This document shows, piece after piece, positions 30,113 through 38,854 of a DNA stretch of 64,000 nucleotides. The notes below the pieces were generated by a model. The model saw only the letters and a list, made by a program, of their open reading frames with translations. It searched no databases and was not told where the DNA came from. The stretch comes from Spirochaetia bacterium. GTDB lineage: Bacteria > Spirochaetota > Spirochaetia > SZUA-6 > Fen-1364. The stretch is taken from NCBI GenBank assembly GCA_049519415.1, contig JBEKQU010000005.1:37504-101503 (forward strand), given 5' to 3'. Both the position numbers and the translations under genes were made by a program. The first letter of the stretch is position 1; each line of letters opens with the position of its first letter.

Positions 30113-30135
30113 GGGCATGCTTGCACTATCAAAGG
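30113..30135 (+). promoter_or_regulatory. conserved 23-bp element copy 2
   Basis: Identical 23-mer upstream of the second DUF4386 gene. Confidence 0.45.
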
Positions 30136-30152
30136 ATCACAGGAGGCATTTC

Positions 30153-30845
30153 ATGGACACCTATCGACGATCAGGAATTGTGACGGGGATCTTGTTCATC
30201 GCAGCGGACGCAGCCGGTTTCCTGTCATTGTTCGCGCAACCGCTTCTCAACGCCCCGGACTACCTGACAAAAATCTCCGCGAATGAACTGACGGTCCTCG
30301 CGGGGGCGTTGCTTGTCTTCATCATGGGCTGGGCCGATGCCGGCATCGGGATTTCGATGTATCCGATTCTGCGGAGGCACAACGAAGGCCTCGCCCTGGG
30401 CGCTGCCGGATTCAGGATCATCGACGGGGTCTTCCATTGCATCGGCGCCGTTCTCATCCTCCTGTTGGCGACCTTAAGCCGGGAGTTCATCACGGCGGGA
30501 CCTGCCGATCTGGCGCAGTTCCAGAACCTCGGCGCGCTGCTGAGGGAAGGGCGCACTTGGGTGGGCGATGTGGCGGCTCTGCCCGCCTGGTGCATCGGCG
30601 CGTTCCTGTACTATTCGCTGTTCTTCAAGACGCGGCTGGTCCCTCGCTGGCTGTCCCTGTGGGGGCTCGTCGGGATCACCCTGACTCTAGCCGGCAGCAT
30701 CCTGGTCTTGTTCCGCCAGATCGCCTCCCTGTCGTCCATCCAGATGCTGATGTACCTGCCCGCCGCTCTGCAGGAAATAGTGCTGGCGATCTGGCTCATC
30801 GTGAAGGGATTCAATCCCTCCGCAATCGCCTCGCCGCAGCGCTGA
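30153..30845 (+). CDS. DUF4386-family membrane protein (tandem paralog)
   Basis: Same architecture as the upstream gene. AGGAGG RBS. Confidence 0.6.
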   Translation: MDTYRRSGIVTGILFIAADAAGFLSLFAQPLLNAPDYLTKISANELTVLAGALLVFIMGWADAGIGISMYPILRRHNEGLALGAAGFRIIDGVFHCIGAVLILLLATLSREFITAGPADLAQFQNLGALLREGRTWVGDVAALPAWCIGAFLYYSLFFKTRLVPRWLSLWGLVGITLTLAGSILVLFRQIASLSSIQMLMYLPAALQEIVLAIWLIVKGFNPSAIASPQR

Positions 30846-30875
30846 TGGCTGCGCGGTGCGGCGACGAAGAGCCTC

Positions 30876-31109
30876 ATGAAGTATCAGATAAGGATCGAGG
30901 GCGAGTTGGGGCAGGAATGGGCAGACTGGTTCGGAGGCCCTGCCATCTCTCGAGAGGGAGACGGCATCACGCTCCTGACCTGCGCCGTGGCCGACCAGGC
31001 TGCGCTGCATGGCCTGCTCAGGAAACTGCGCGATCTGGGCCTGCCCTTGCTTTCGGTCAATCGCATCGACGACTACCCCGAGGGGAAGCCCGAGGGAAAG
31101 TCAAAATAA
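30876..31109 (+). CDS. small hypothetical protein (77 aa)
   Basis: ORF with protein-like composition. No motif recognised. Confidence 0.35.
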   Translation: MKYQIRIEGELGQEWADWFGGPAISREGDGITLLTCAVADQAALHGLLRKLRDLGLPLLSVNRIDDYPEGKPEGKSK

Positions 31110-31152
31110 CCATCGCGGCATGGCGAGACCACCGCGACAACAGGAGGTTGCA

Positions 31153-31611
31153 ATGAAATCCAGGGATGTTCTCAGGGTGGCAGGGCCGGCGGCCGTGCTC
31201 TTCGCCGTCGCGCTGCTGATCTCGTGCACCACGACCAATCTGGCGAGCAACAGGACCGGGTGGTCGGATTACGCGACCATCGCGATCAAAGACTACACCC
31301 CCGTCGGAATCGTAAGCGTCGTGAGCGAGGAGGTCACCCAGCGCGGCTTTCTTGGCATCGCCAATTCCCACACGGGTTCGCAGATCACGTACGACTTGCT
31401 CATCAGTGAGGCGAAGAAGCTCGGGGCCGACGACATCATCAACGTCAGGATCGATCGCACGGACGCGAGCCTTCACGGAATCTTCGATTGGCTCATCGGG
31501 TACACCGAGAGGTACGCGTACAACGGCAACGCGCTGGCGATCAAGTACACACAGGCCGCTGCGGGATACATCGCCGACGGTGCCAGCGGTCCCTCCGGCA
31601 TGGGACTGTAG
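31153..31611 (+). CDS. hypothetical lipoprotein
   Basis: Signal peptide with lipobox LLISC. RBS CAGGAGG. Confidence 0.5.
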   Translation: MKSRDVLRVAGPAAVLFAVALLISCTTTNLASNRTGWSDYATIAIKDYTPVGIVSVVSEEVTQRGFLGIANSHTGSQITYDLLISEAKKLGADDIINVRIDRTDASLHGIFDWLIGYTERYAYNGNALAIKYTQAAAGYIADGASGPSGMGL

Positions 31612-31708
31612 CACCAGAGCAGGGACGGCTAGAACAGGATGGCGAATAATCAACATTGAGAGCACGGGTGGCGTGCCTCGGAGGGCGACCTTGGAAAGCA
31701 GAATTGCG

Positions 31709-32557
31709 ATGAAACGGGCGACCACTGGCGAACAGGACAGCATGGGTCTTTACCTGCGGGAGCTGCGCGGGATCCCCCGACTGAACGCCGAGGAGGAACA
31801 GGGCTGCGCGCGGCTCGCGGCCCAGGGTGACCAGAAGGCACGGGAGCGGCTGATCCGGGCGAACCTTCGGTTCGTGATCCTGGTGGCCAAGCGGTACCGC
31901 AACCGCGGCGTTCCGCTGGAAGACCTCATCAACGAGGGCAACATCGGGCTCATCCAGGCGGCGAAACGGTTCGACCCCGAGCGGGGCATCCGGTTCGTAA
32001 CCTACGCGGTCTGGTGGATCCGTCAGGCGATCCTGAAGGCGATTCCAGAGAACAGCCGCCTGGTCCGCGTGCCCAGGAGCCGCGCGGGAGAGCTCGCGCG
32101 TATCGAGACGCTGCGTCACGACGGGCTGATGGAAAGCGGCAGCGAGCCTCGCCTGGCGGAGATCGCCCGGTCCCTGATGGTCGAGGAAGGGGAACTGGTG
32201 GCGCTGATTCGGGCTGGCCAAAGGACGCTCTCGCTGGACAGCCCGGTCACGAACGTGGAGGACTCCGAGTCCATCGGCTCCTGCCTTGAGGACCGGAATG
32301 CTCCGAATCCGGAGGAGGTCCTGGTCGGCGCACTGCTGAAGGACGAGCTCGGTTCGGCCCTGGCCGGGCTTTCAGACCGCGAAGCGGTCATCCTCCAGGA
32401 CCTCTTCGGGCTCGCCGGCCGCGAACGGACCTCGCTGCTGGAGGCCGGCAGGAAGCACGGGTTGAGCAAGGAGCGCGTGCGCCAGATCGAGATGAAGGCC
32501 TTGCGCAGGATCCGCGCCTCGGACAGCGCGTGGCAGCTCGAGGCATACGCGAACTGA
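31709..32557 (+). CDS. sigma-70 family RNA polymerase sigma factor (regions 1.2-4)
   Basis: Region 1.2 (LYLRELRGIPRLNAEEE), region 2 (LIRANLRFVILVAKRY...DLINEGNIGLIQAAKRFD...FVTYAVWWIRQAI) and region 4 (LSDREAVILQDLFGL...LEAGRKHGLSKERVRQIEMKALRRI). Confidence 0.8.
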   Translation: MKRATTGEQDSMGLYLRELRGIPRLNAEEEQGCARLAAQGDQKARERLIRANLRFVILVAKRYRNRGVPLEDLINEGNIGLIQAAKRFDPERGIRFVTYAVWWIRQAILKAIPENSRLVRVPRSRAGELARIETLRHDGLMESGSEPRLAEIARSLMVEEGELVALIRAGQRTLSLDSPVTNVEDSESIGSCLEDRNAPNPEEVLVGALLKDELGSALAGLSDREAVILQDLFGLAGRERTSLLEAGRKHGLSKERVRQIEMKALRRIRASDSAWQLEAYAN

Positions 32558-32758
32558 TGGAGGGCGAAGTCATGATTCGAGTGCTGGGCGTTCATGTTTG
32601 AGCAAACCTTGATGATTCCTGTCGGTGATCCGAAAGGGGTGACGCTTTCGTGGGTTATCAACTGCGAAGGTCATCAGGGAAAGGAGGACTATGGACAGAA
32701 CCTATCTCGTTGCTTGGTCATGGGTGTTTCTTTCAGCATCTCGTAGAGGAGGAAAAAG

Positions 32759-33100
32759 ATGAACGGTATGTTGAAACGGGTGATATTGCTTTTGATCCTT
32801 GTCTTGGCTGTAGTAGCTTGCGCAAGCACCCCTCCTGTCGTTGATTCCGCGCTCATAGGAAAGTGGGGGATACCTGACCCAACAACCGGCAAGGCTTTGA
32901 GACCCATGCTGGAATTTCAGGCAGACGGTACCTATATCATTGGTACCATGGCTTACCGGTTTGAAGCACGTCAAAAACAGGGGTCGTACTGGAATCCGAG
33001 CATTCCATTCATGAAAACGAAGTTCACCTACACGATCACCGGTTCGGATATGAGGATAATTACTGGCGTTGTAGTCTCCGACGTAACCAAGATGGAGTAG
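32759..33100 (+). CDS. small hypothetical lipoprotein
   Basis: Signal and lipobox (VVACAS). 113 aa. Lies in the lower-GC patch. Confidence 0.45.
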   Translation: MNGMLKRVILLLILVLAVVACASTPPVVDSALIGKWGIPDPTTGKALRPMLEFQADGTYIIGTMAYRFEARQKQGSYWNPSIPFMKTKFTYTITGSDMRIITGVVVSDVTKME

Positions 33101-33674
33101 CCATCCAAACATCTGTTTAACAAGGAGAGTCTATGAGAAGCCTTTTGAGCAGAAAGAGGTTGTTGCCTGCCAGGGTCCGTTTCGTAATCCCGCCCGCTGA
33201 GGCTGCGCATCGCTCGCCAGGCTGAGATGCGCTGATCCGCCAGGCAGGTGGCGCATGCTCGTGACAGCTATACGTTCCCTGCGCGGGATTGTGCGTGGTA
33301 GTGGATGGGAATGCCCCGGCCCGGAGCATTCCGACCCATCCGTCCGGCTATCGGAGCCCCTGCCGTTGGGAAAGCCGGCGCCAGGAGGGGTGATCGTGCA
33401 ATCGGGCGTCTCGGAGGGAGCCGGATAATGTGACCTACGTGTTCAAGGACTTGGGGAATGGCCAGGTGGAAACGGCCGTAAGCTCGAAGATGACTCCCGC
33501 GATCACGGTACCTCTCTGGATGATAGAGGCGGCCTTTCCTGGCGCGGGAGCCAATGTCATCCGGAGAATCGTGAAGCTCGCCAAAAACAATCAGCACAAT
33601 GGTTCAAATAGTGTACTTGATATTTTGTCCGAACGATTGCGCGGATATCGCAGAGAACCGGAAGGGAGGAAGCC

Positions 33675-34430
33675 ATGGGCAAGATGGTAAGAATTGGGGA
33701 GGATGTCGAGGGATATGCCGTCCCCGTCCTGAATGAAAGGGAGATACGGGCATCGGCAGGAATGCTGTTTTTAGCCATGCTGCTATCTTATTTGCTGATC
33801 ATATTCAAGGGGAATTTCTTGCTGATCAAGTACGTGATAACCATCTTTCTCGCGGATATGACCATACGCGTATGCGTCAACCCCGGATTTTCTCCATCGC
33901 TAATAATCGGTCGTTTGATAGTAAGGAATCAGACCCCCGAATATGTCGGGGCAAGACAAAAGAGGTTCGCATGGACAATATGCATGGCTTTGTCCGCCAC
34001 CATGTTCGCTTTGATGGTTGTGGCAAACACATATAGCCCGATAACGGGAATCACCTGCTTGATTTGCCTAACTTTCCTTTTCTTCGAGTCGGCTTTTGGC
34101 ATCTGTCTGGGATGCAAGTTCTATCCCTTGTTTTTCAAGAATAAGGCTCACTACTGTCCTGGCGAAGCGTGTGAGGCGAAATCAAGGAAGGGCATTCAAA
34201 AAACATCCAAAGCCCAGATGCTTGTCGTTCTCGGATCCATCGCCTTCATTTTCCTTGCGGTCTTCCTGTTCAATGGAAGCTTCAGCAAGAAGCCCCATGC
34301 CTTGTTTGGAATGGGCAGTTCTATAGGGTCCGATTTGCCCCCTTATGGGCAACCAGCGCTCCGGCTGCCCCCAGGTGCTGCATTGCCCGGTCCGCATAAT
34401 GAATCAACGCGGCGAGGAGAGGCGCTTTGA
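33675..34430 (+). CDS. integral membrane protein, possibly DUF4395 family
   Basis: N-terminus with AVPVLNEREIRASAG followed by 4-5 TM segments. Cys-rich C-terminus. Confidence 0.4.
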   Translation: MGKMVRIGEDVEGYAVPVLNEREIRASAGMLFLAMLLSYLLIIFKGNFLLIKYVITIFLADMTIRVCVNPGFSPSLIIGRLIVRNQTPEYVGARQKRFAWTICMALSATMFALMVVANTYSPITGITCLICLTFLFFESAFGICLGCKFYPLFFKNKAHYCPGEACEAKSRKGIQKTSKAQMLVVLGSIAFIFLAVFLFNGSFSKKPHALFGMGSSIGSDLPPYGQPALRLPPGAALPGPHNESTRRGEAL

Positions 34431-34616
34431 TCACCGGCCGCCGCGGCCATTGCCGCACTACAGCTCGATAATGCTAACATGCAAAATCTCCTGCCTGTTT
34501 CGCGACTCCCCCGGCCTTGCCGCCCAGGGGCTCTACAATGCCGCGCGTATAGCGCGCGCTCGGGGAGAGAAGGACCGGGCTGCCAGGATGGAGCGGAGCT
34601 TCCGCAAGCTCGATGC

Positions 34617-35345
34617 TCAGAGCTCTCCGCAGTAGCGCGCCGAAGTCAGGTCATTCTCAAGCTGGCGCGCCACGGAGCGCGCGGACCTGAGGGCGAGTTC
34701 TGTGAATCCGCGCGCAAGGTCCTCCTCCGACATTTCCGAAAGTATGGTCGCCGTCACCATGTTGCCGACGATCCGTCCCAGGCCGAACATGGCGGGGCTG
34801 GCGGGATCGTTCACGATAATGTCGCGACGCCATATAAGTTCACCGCCGGCGCTGCGAGCCAGACCTGCAGTCAGGTGGATGCGCAGGGACACCGCACTCC
34901 CGAAAGAGTGCGCCCGGATGCCCCAATCCTGGATCGAAAGCACGAGCACATAGTCGGCCCGCATTCCCTCCGGTTCCTGCTCTGCATCGAGTGCCGCTGC
35001 GCACGCTGCGTAGGATTCCCTTAAAAGAATCTCCGGCACGTCGACAGACGCCAGGGCGCTGCGCATCGTCCCCGCGGCTTTTTCCGCCTGCCCCGCCTTT
35101 GCAAGATTGGTCATCACGCTGAGTGCGCTGTAGACCGGCGTGTGTTTGTCCAGCGCCACGTAATAGGAGACATCCACCCGCGGCTCGGGAGGGGTCTGCA
35201 TGTCGGCGGCAAGTGTCGCGCCCTTGAAATCGTACCTTTCAAGCCTGTTGACCGTTGAGCATGAGGCGAGCAGGGCTGCCAAAGTCGCACACGCGGCAGC
35301 GGCCAGGATTTTTTTTACGGCGTTCATGATACGCTTCTTTTCCAT
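34617..35345 (-). CDS. hypothetical lipoprotein
   Basis: Signal and lipobox LLASCS after MEKKRIMNAVKK. The ORF extension upstream (to 35453) covers a duplicated leader remnant. Confidence 0.5.
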   Translation of the reverse strand: MEKKRIMNAVKKILAAAACATLAALLASCSTVNRLERYDFKGATLAADMQTPPEPRVDVSYYVALDKHTPVYSALSVMTNLAKAGQAEKAAGTMRSALASVDVPEILLRESYAACAAALDAEQEPEGMRADYVLVLSIQDWGIRAHSFGSAVSLRIHLTAGLARSAGGELIWRRDIIVNDPASPAMFGLGRIVGNMVTATILSEMSEEDLARGFTELALRSARSVARQLENDLTSARYCGEL

Positions 35346-35561
35346 TTCACAATCCCCGATCGTCGATAGGTGTCCATGACATGCCTCCTGTGATTCTTTG
35401 ATAGTGCAAGCATGCCCATTCCGCCCCACGGCGCGCAGACACGAAAGTGTCATTCGGAGTGTTGTTTTCAGGGATGCGGGAGATCGGTACAGGCGGGACG
35501 GCCGCTACAGCAAGCCCAGCTCGCGGCCGCGGGCGATGGTTTCCGTGCGCCGCTTGACCTC
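35343..35561 (-). repeat. right (inverted) copy of LuxR-3'/leader repeat, extended by a duplicated 5' end of the second DUF4386 gene
   Basis: The reverse complement matches 29235-29400 and then 30113-30185. It includes the remnant start MDTYRRSGIV. Confidence 0.8.
35405..35427 (-). promoter_or_regulatory. conserved 23-bp element copy 3 (minus strand)
   Basis: Reverse complement of GGGCATGCTTGCACTATCAAAGA. Confidence 0.45.
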
Positions 35562-35726
35562 GAGTTCGCGCCGGCTCAACGGATCGGTGAGCGATGGCGA
35601 GAGAGAGGAAGCGGATTCGGTGATGGCGCGCTTGCGCGTCTGCTTCTCCGCCGCGAAGGCCGTCAGCAGCTTGCCCGCATAGGCCGGCATTATTTCCGTT
35701 GGAGCCACGGAGAGGAGCCTGGCCAT
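35505..35726 (-). pseudogene. LuxR-type HTH C-terminal fragment with internal deletion
   Basis: ...PLSRRELEV|KRRTETIARGRELGLL. The core HTH between the two 'LEV' repeats is deleted relative to the intact gene. Confidence 0.55.
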
Positions 35727-35816
35727 CGGGGCTCCCTCAGATTGTCCGGGAGATACTGGCCGACAAAGGCGTAGGGATCAGCGATCCGAGCGGCAGGGGA
35801 AGTGAATCGTTAGGTT

Positions 35817-38540
35817 TTGCCGCTTTATAAATTCTGGGGCGTGTCTTATAATGGATTTGTGCCTGCGCCAATTTTGGCCACGAAACTATATATCCCACCA
35901 CTGCGACCTAAAATTGTCCTCCGTCCCCGCCTGATCGAGCGGCTGAACGAGGGTCTCTCTTCGAATCGCAAGCTGACGCTCATCTCTGCCTCCGCTGGCT
36001 TCAGCAAAACCACGCTGGTCAGCGAATGGATTGCTGATTCCAAGCGACCAACTGCCTGGCTATCGCTGGATGAAGGGGATAACGATCCAGCATGCTTCCT
36101 GACGTACCTCGCCGCTGCCTTGCAGACGATTGCACCGAATATTGGAGCAGGGGCGATTGCTGTGTTCCAATCCCCTCAGCCACCCTCCACCGAGTCGATT
36201 TTGACAGCCCTGCTCAATGAAATCACCACCATCCCGGACACTTTCATCCTCGTCCTTGACGACTACCACGTGATTGACGCCAAACCTGTTGACCAGGCCC
36301 TCACTTTTCTGCTCGAGCACCTGCCGCCGCAAATGCACCTGGTCATCGCCACCCGTGAAGACCCGCCACTGCCCCTGGCCCGCCTGCGTGCCCGAGGCCA
36401 ACTCACCGAGCTGCGCGCCGCCGACCTGCGTTTTACCCCCACTGAAGCCGGCGATTTTCTCAACCAGGTGATGGAGCTGAACCTCACGGTGGAAGACATT
36501 GCCGCACTCGAAGCCCGCACAGAAGGCTGGATCGCCGGTCTGCAATTGGCTGCGCTTTCAATGCAGGGATGTCAGGATGCCGCCAGTTTCATCAAATCGT
36601 TCACCGGCAACCACCATTTCGTGCTGGACTATCTGGTAGAAGAAGTCCTGCAACGCCAGTCCCAAAGCATCCAGACTTTTCTGCTGCGCACTTCAATCCT
36701 CGACCGCCTGTGCGGCCCGCTGTGTGATGCTGTTCTGCGTTCTCCTTCCGCTTCCGGGCAGGAGACCTTGGAAAATCTCGAACGCGCCAACCTGTTCATT
36801 GTCCCTTTGGATAATGAGCGGCGTTGGTACCGCTATCACCATCTTTTTGCCGAATTGCTGCGGCAGCGGTTGCAGCAAAGCGCATCTTCAGGGAATGAAG
36901 ACATGGCCGAATACCACATCCGTGCCAGCCGGTGGTATGAAGACCATGGCCTGGAGATTGAAGCGTTTCAGCATGCGGCTGCGGGCAACGATATTGTGCA
37001 CGCCGCGCGGATCATTGAAGGAAACGGCATCCCTCTGCACTTTCGTGGTGCGGTGGCCTCCATGCTGGACTGGCTGGCGTCGTTGCCGACAACGGTGCTG
37101 GATGCGAAACCCTCGTTGAGGGTGAGGTTTGCCACGTTGTCGCTGGTTGCCGGACAACCGACCGGTATCGAAGAAAAACTGCAAGCGGCTGAGGCGTCCT
37201 TGGCTGCCGTTCTGCAAGGCGCCGAGCCAGACAACAAGACCCGCGATCTGATTGGACAAATTGCTGCCTCAAGGGCTACCCTGGCGCTCACCCGCTACCA
37301 GCCGGCAGCCATGATCACCCAGGCTCGCCGTGCCCTGGAGTATCTGCCCCCCGACAACCAGCTTTCCCGTTTCAGGGCAAGTTGGACGATGGGGATGGCC
37401 TACCAATTCCGGGGAGAACGCACGGCAGCCAGCCAGGTCTATGCAGAAGCATTGTCCATCGCCCAGGCCGCCGGGAATGTTCTCAACACCAGTTTGGCTA
37501 CACTCTGCCTGGGCCAACTGCAGGAACTGGACAACCAGCTCCATCCGGCGGCCGAGACCTACCAGCGTTCCCTGCAGCTGCTTGGCGATCATTATTTACC
37601 CCCCAGCGCCAGCGAAGCCTATCTTGGCATGGCCCGCATATTCTACGAATGGAACGACCTGGAGGCCGCTGAGCAGCACGGGCAGCAGGCCTTGCAGTTG
37701 GCGCGACAGTATGACCGCGTGATTGACAGATATATTCTCTCTGAGGTGTTTCTGGCCCGCCTGAAACTGGCCTGTGGCGATGTGGCCGGCGCGGCCGCCA
37801 TGTTGGCGGAGACCGCGCAGTCCGTGCGACAGAATAACTTTGTGCATCGGATACATGAGGTGGCTGCCGCGCAGGTGCTTGTCCTGCTTCGACAGGGCGA
37901 TCTGGCGACGGCCGCTCAGTTGGCCAAGACCCACGAACTCCCCAGCAGCCAGGCCAGGGTACATCTGGCCCTGGGAGACCCGTCCGCAGCGTTGGCTTTG
38001 CTTTCGCCATTGCGCCAGCAGATGGAAGCCAAGGATTGGCAGGATGAACGGCTCAAGGTGATGGTTCTACAGGCGGTCGCGCTCCATGCGCGTGGAGAAA
38101 AGGAAAAGGCAATTCAACTGCTGGGTGAGGCCCTGGCACTGGCAGAGCCGGGCGGCTTTATCCGCCTCTTTGTTGACGAAGGCGAGCCAATGCGAATGAC
38201 GATTTCTGATTTTCGATTGTCGATTGAAAAGCAACCGCACGGCCAGGAGCATAATCTGCTCGGTTACGTAGATAAGCTCCTGGCTGCTTTTGCACAACCG
38301 GCGGCCTTGCCGCAATCGAAAATCGAAAATCAAAAATCCAAAATGCTTGAGCCATTGAGCCAACGCGAGTTGGAAGTACTGCAGCTTATTGCCCAGGGAC
38401 TCTCGAATCATGAGATTGGTGAGCGGCTTTTCCTTGCCCTGGACACGGTCAAAGGGCACAACCGCAATATTTATAGCAAACTACAGGTTCAAAGACGTAC
38501 CGAAGCCATAGCCCGAGCCCGCGAGCTGGGTTTGCTGTAA
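35817..38540 (+). CDS. MalT-like STAND NTPase / LuxR-family transcriptional regulator
   Basis: The N-terminus (ATKLYIPPLRPKIVLRPRLIERL) and Walker A (SASAGFSKTTL) are followed by TPR-like repeats and a C-terminal LuxR HTH. The start is ambiguous (TTG 35817, GTG 35859 or TTG 35874). Confidence 0.85.
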   Translation: MPLYKFWGVSYNGFVPAPILATKLYIPPLRPKIVLRPRLIERLNEGLSSNRKLTLISASAGFSKTTLVSEWIADSKRPTAWLSLDEGDNDPACFLTYLAAALQTIAPNIGAGAIAVFQSPQPPSTESILTALLNEITTIPDTFILVLDDYHVIDAKPVDQALTFLLEHLPPQMHLVIATREDPPLPLARLRARGQLTELRAADLRFTPTEAGDFLNQVMELNLTVEDIAALEARTEGWIAGLQLAALSMQGCQDAASFIKSFTGNHHFVLDYLVEEVLQRQSQSIQTFLLRTSILDRLCGPLCDAVLRSPSASGQETLENLERANLFIVPLDNERRWYRYHHLFAELLRQRLQQSASSGNEDMAEYHIRASRWYEDHGLEIEAFQHAAAGNDIVHAARIIEGNGIPLHFRGAVASMLDWLASLPTTVLDAKPSLRVRFATLSLVAGQPTGIEEKLQAAEASLAAVLQGAEPDNKTRDLIGQIAASRATLALTRYQPAAMITQARRALEYLPPDNQLSRFRASWTMGMAYQFRGERTAASQVYAEALSIAQAAGNVLNTSLATLCLGQLQELDNQLHPAAETYQRSLQLLGDHYLPPSASEAYLGMARIFYEWNDLEAAEQHGQQALQLARQYDRVIDRYILSEVFLARLKLACGDVAGAAAMLAETAQSVRQNNFVHRIHEVAAAQVLVLLRQGDLATAAQLAKTHELPSSQARVHLALGDPSAALALLSPLRQQMEAKDWQDERLKVMVLQAVALHARGEKEKAIQLLGEALALAEPGGFIRLFVDEGEPMRMTISDFRLSIEKQPHGQEHNLLGYVDKLLAAFAQPAALPQSKIENQKSKMLEPLSQRELEVLQLIAQGLSNHEIGERLFLALDTVKGHNRNIYSKLQVQRRTEAIARARELGLL
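38201..38347 (+). repeat. intragenic inverted repeat (~20 bp arms) with 4x heptamer TCNAAAA tandem array
   Basis: tgattttcgattgtcgattg matches the reverse complement of caatcgaaaatcgaaaatca. It lies in the linker before the HTH domain. Confidence 0.5.
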
Positions 38541-38762
38541 GCGCGATGATAGAGGGTGCGGGCGTACGAATGGGCAGGCAGGCCGACTGCGGTTGCCACA
38601 CGTAGGGACAATGCGGCGAATGGCAGGGCCGCTTGAAAAGTAGCGGGATTCCGTCCCGTGGTAGACGCCAACCTGGCCTCTATCCTCCATCCCTGGGCCG
38701 CCCTGGGCGGCTGGCGGGCTTCCACTCCCCTTGAGGAGATGGGGAACTTCTGCCTGAGACCT

Positions 38763-38791
38763 TTGACCCTTGCCGGCGCCCATGGTAGAAT
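38763..38791 (+). promoter_or_regulatory. sigma70-like promoter TTGACC-N17-TAGAAT upstream of giant OmpA-family gene
   Basis: Good hexamers and spacing, about 65 nt upstream of the ATG at 38855. Confidence 0.45.
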
Positions 38792-38854
38792 TTCAATGCC
38801 CCGGGTGCGACCTTCCTGGCCATCCGTGGTACATTGACGGAATCGAGGTGCAAG

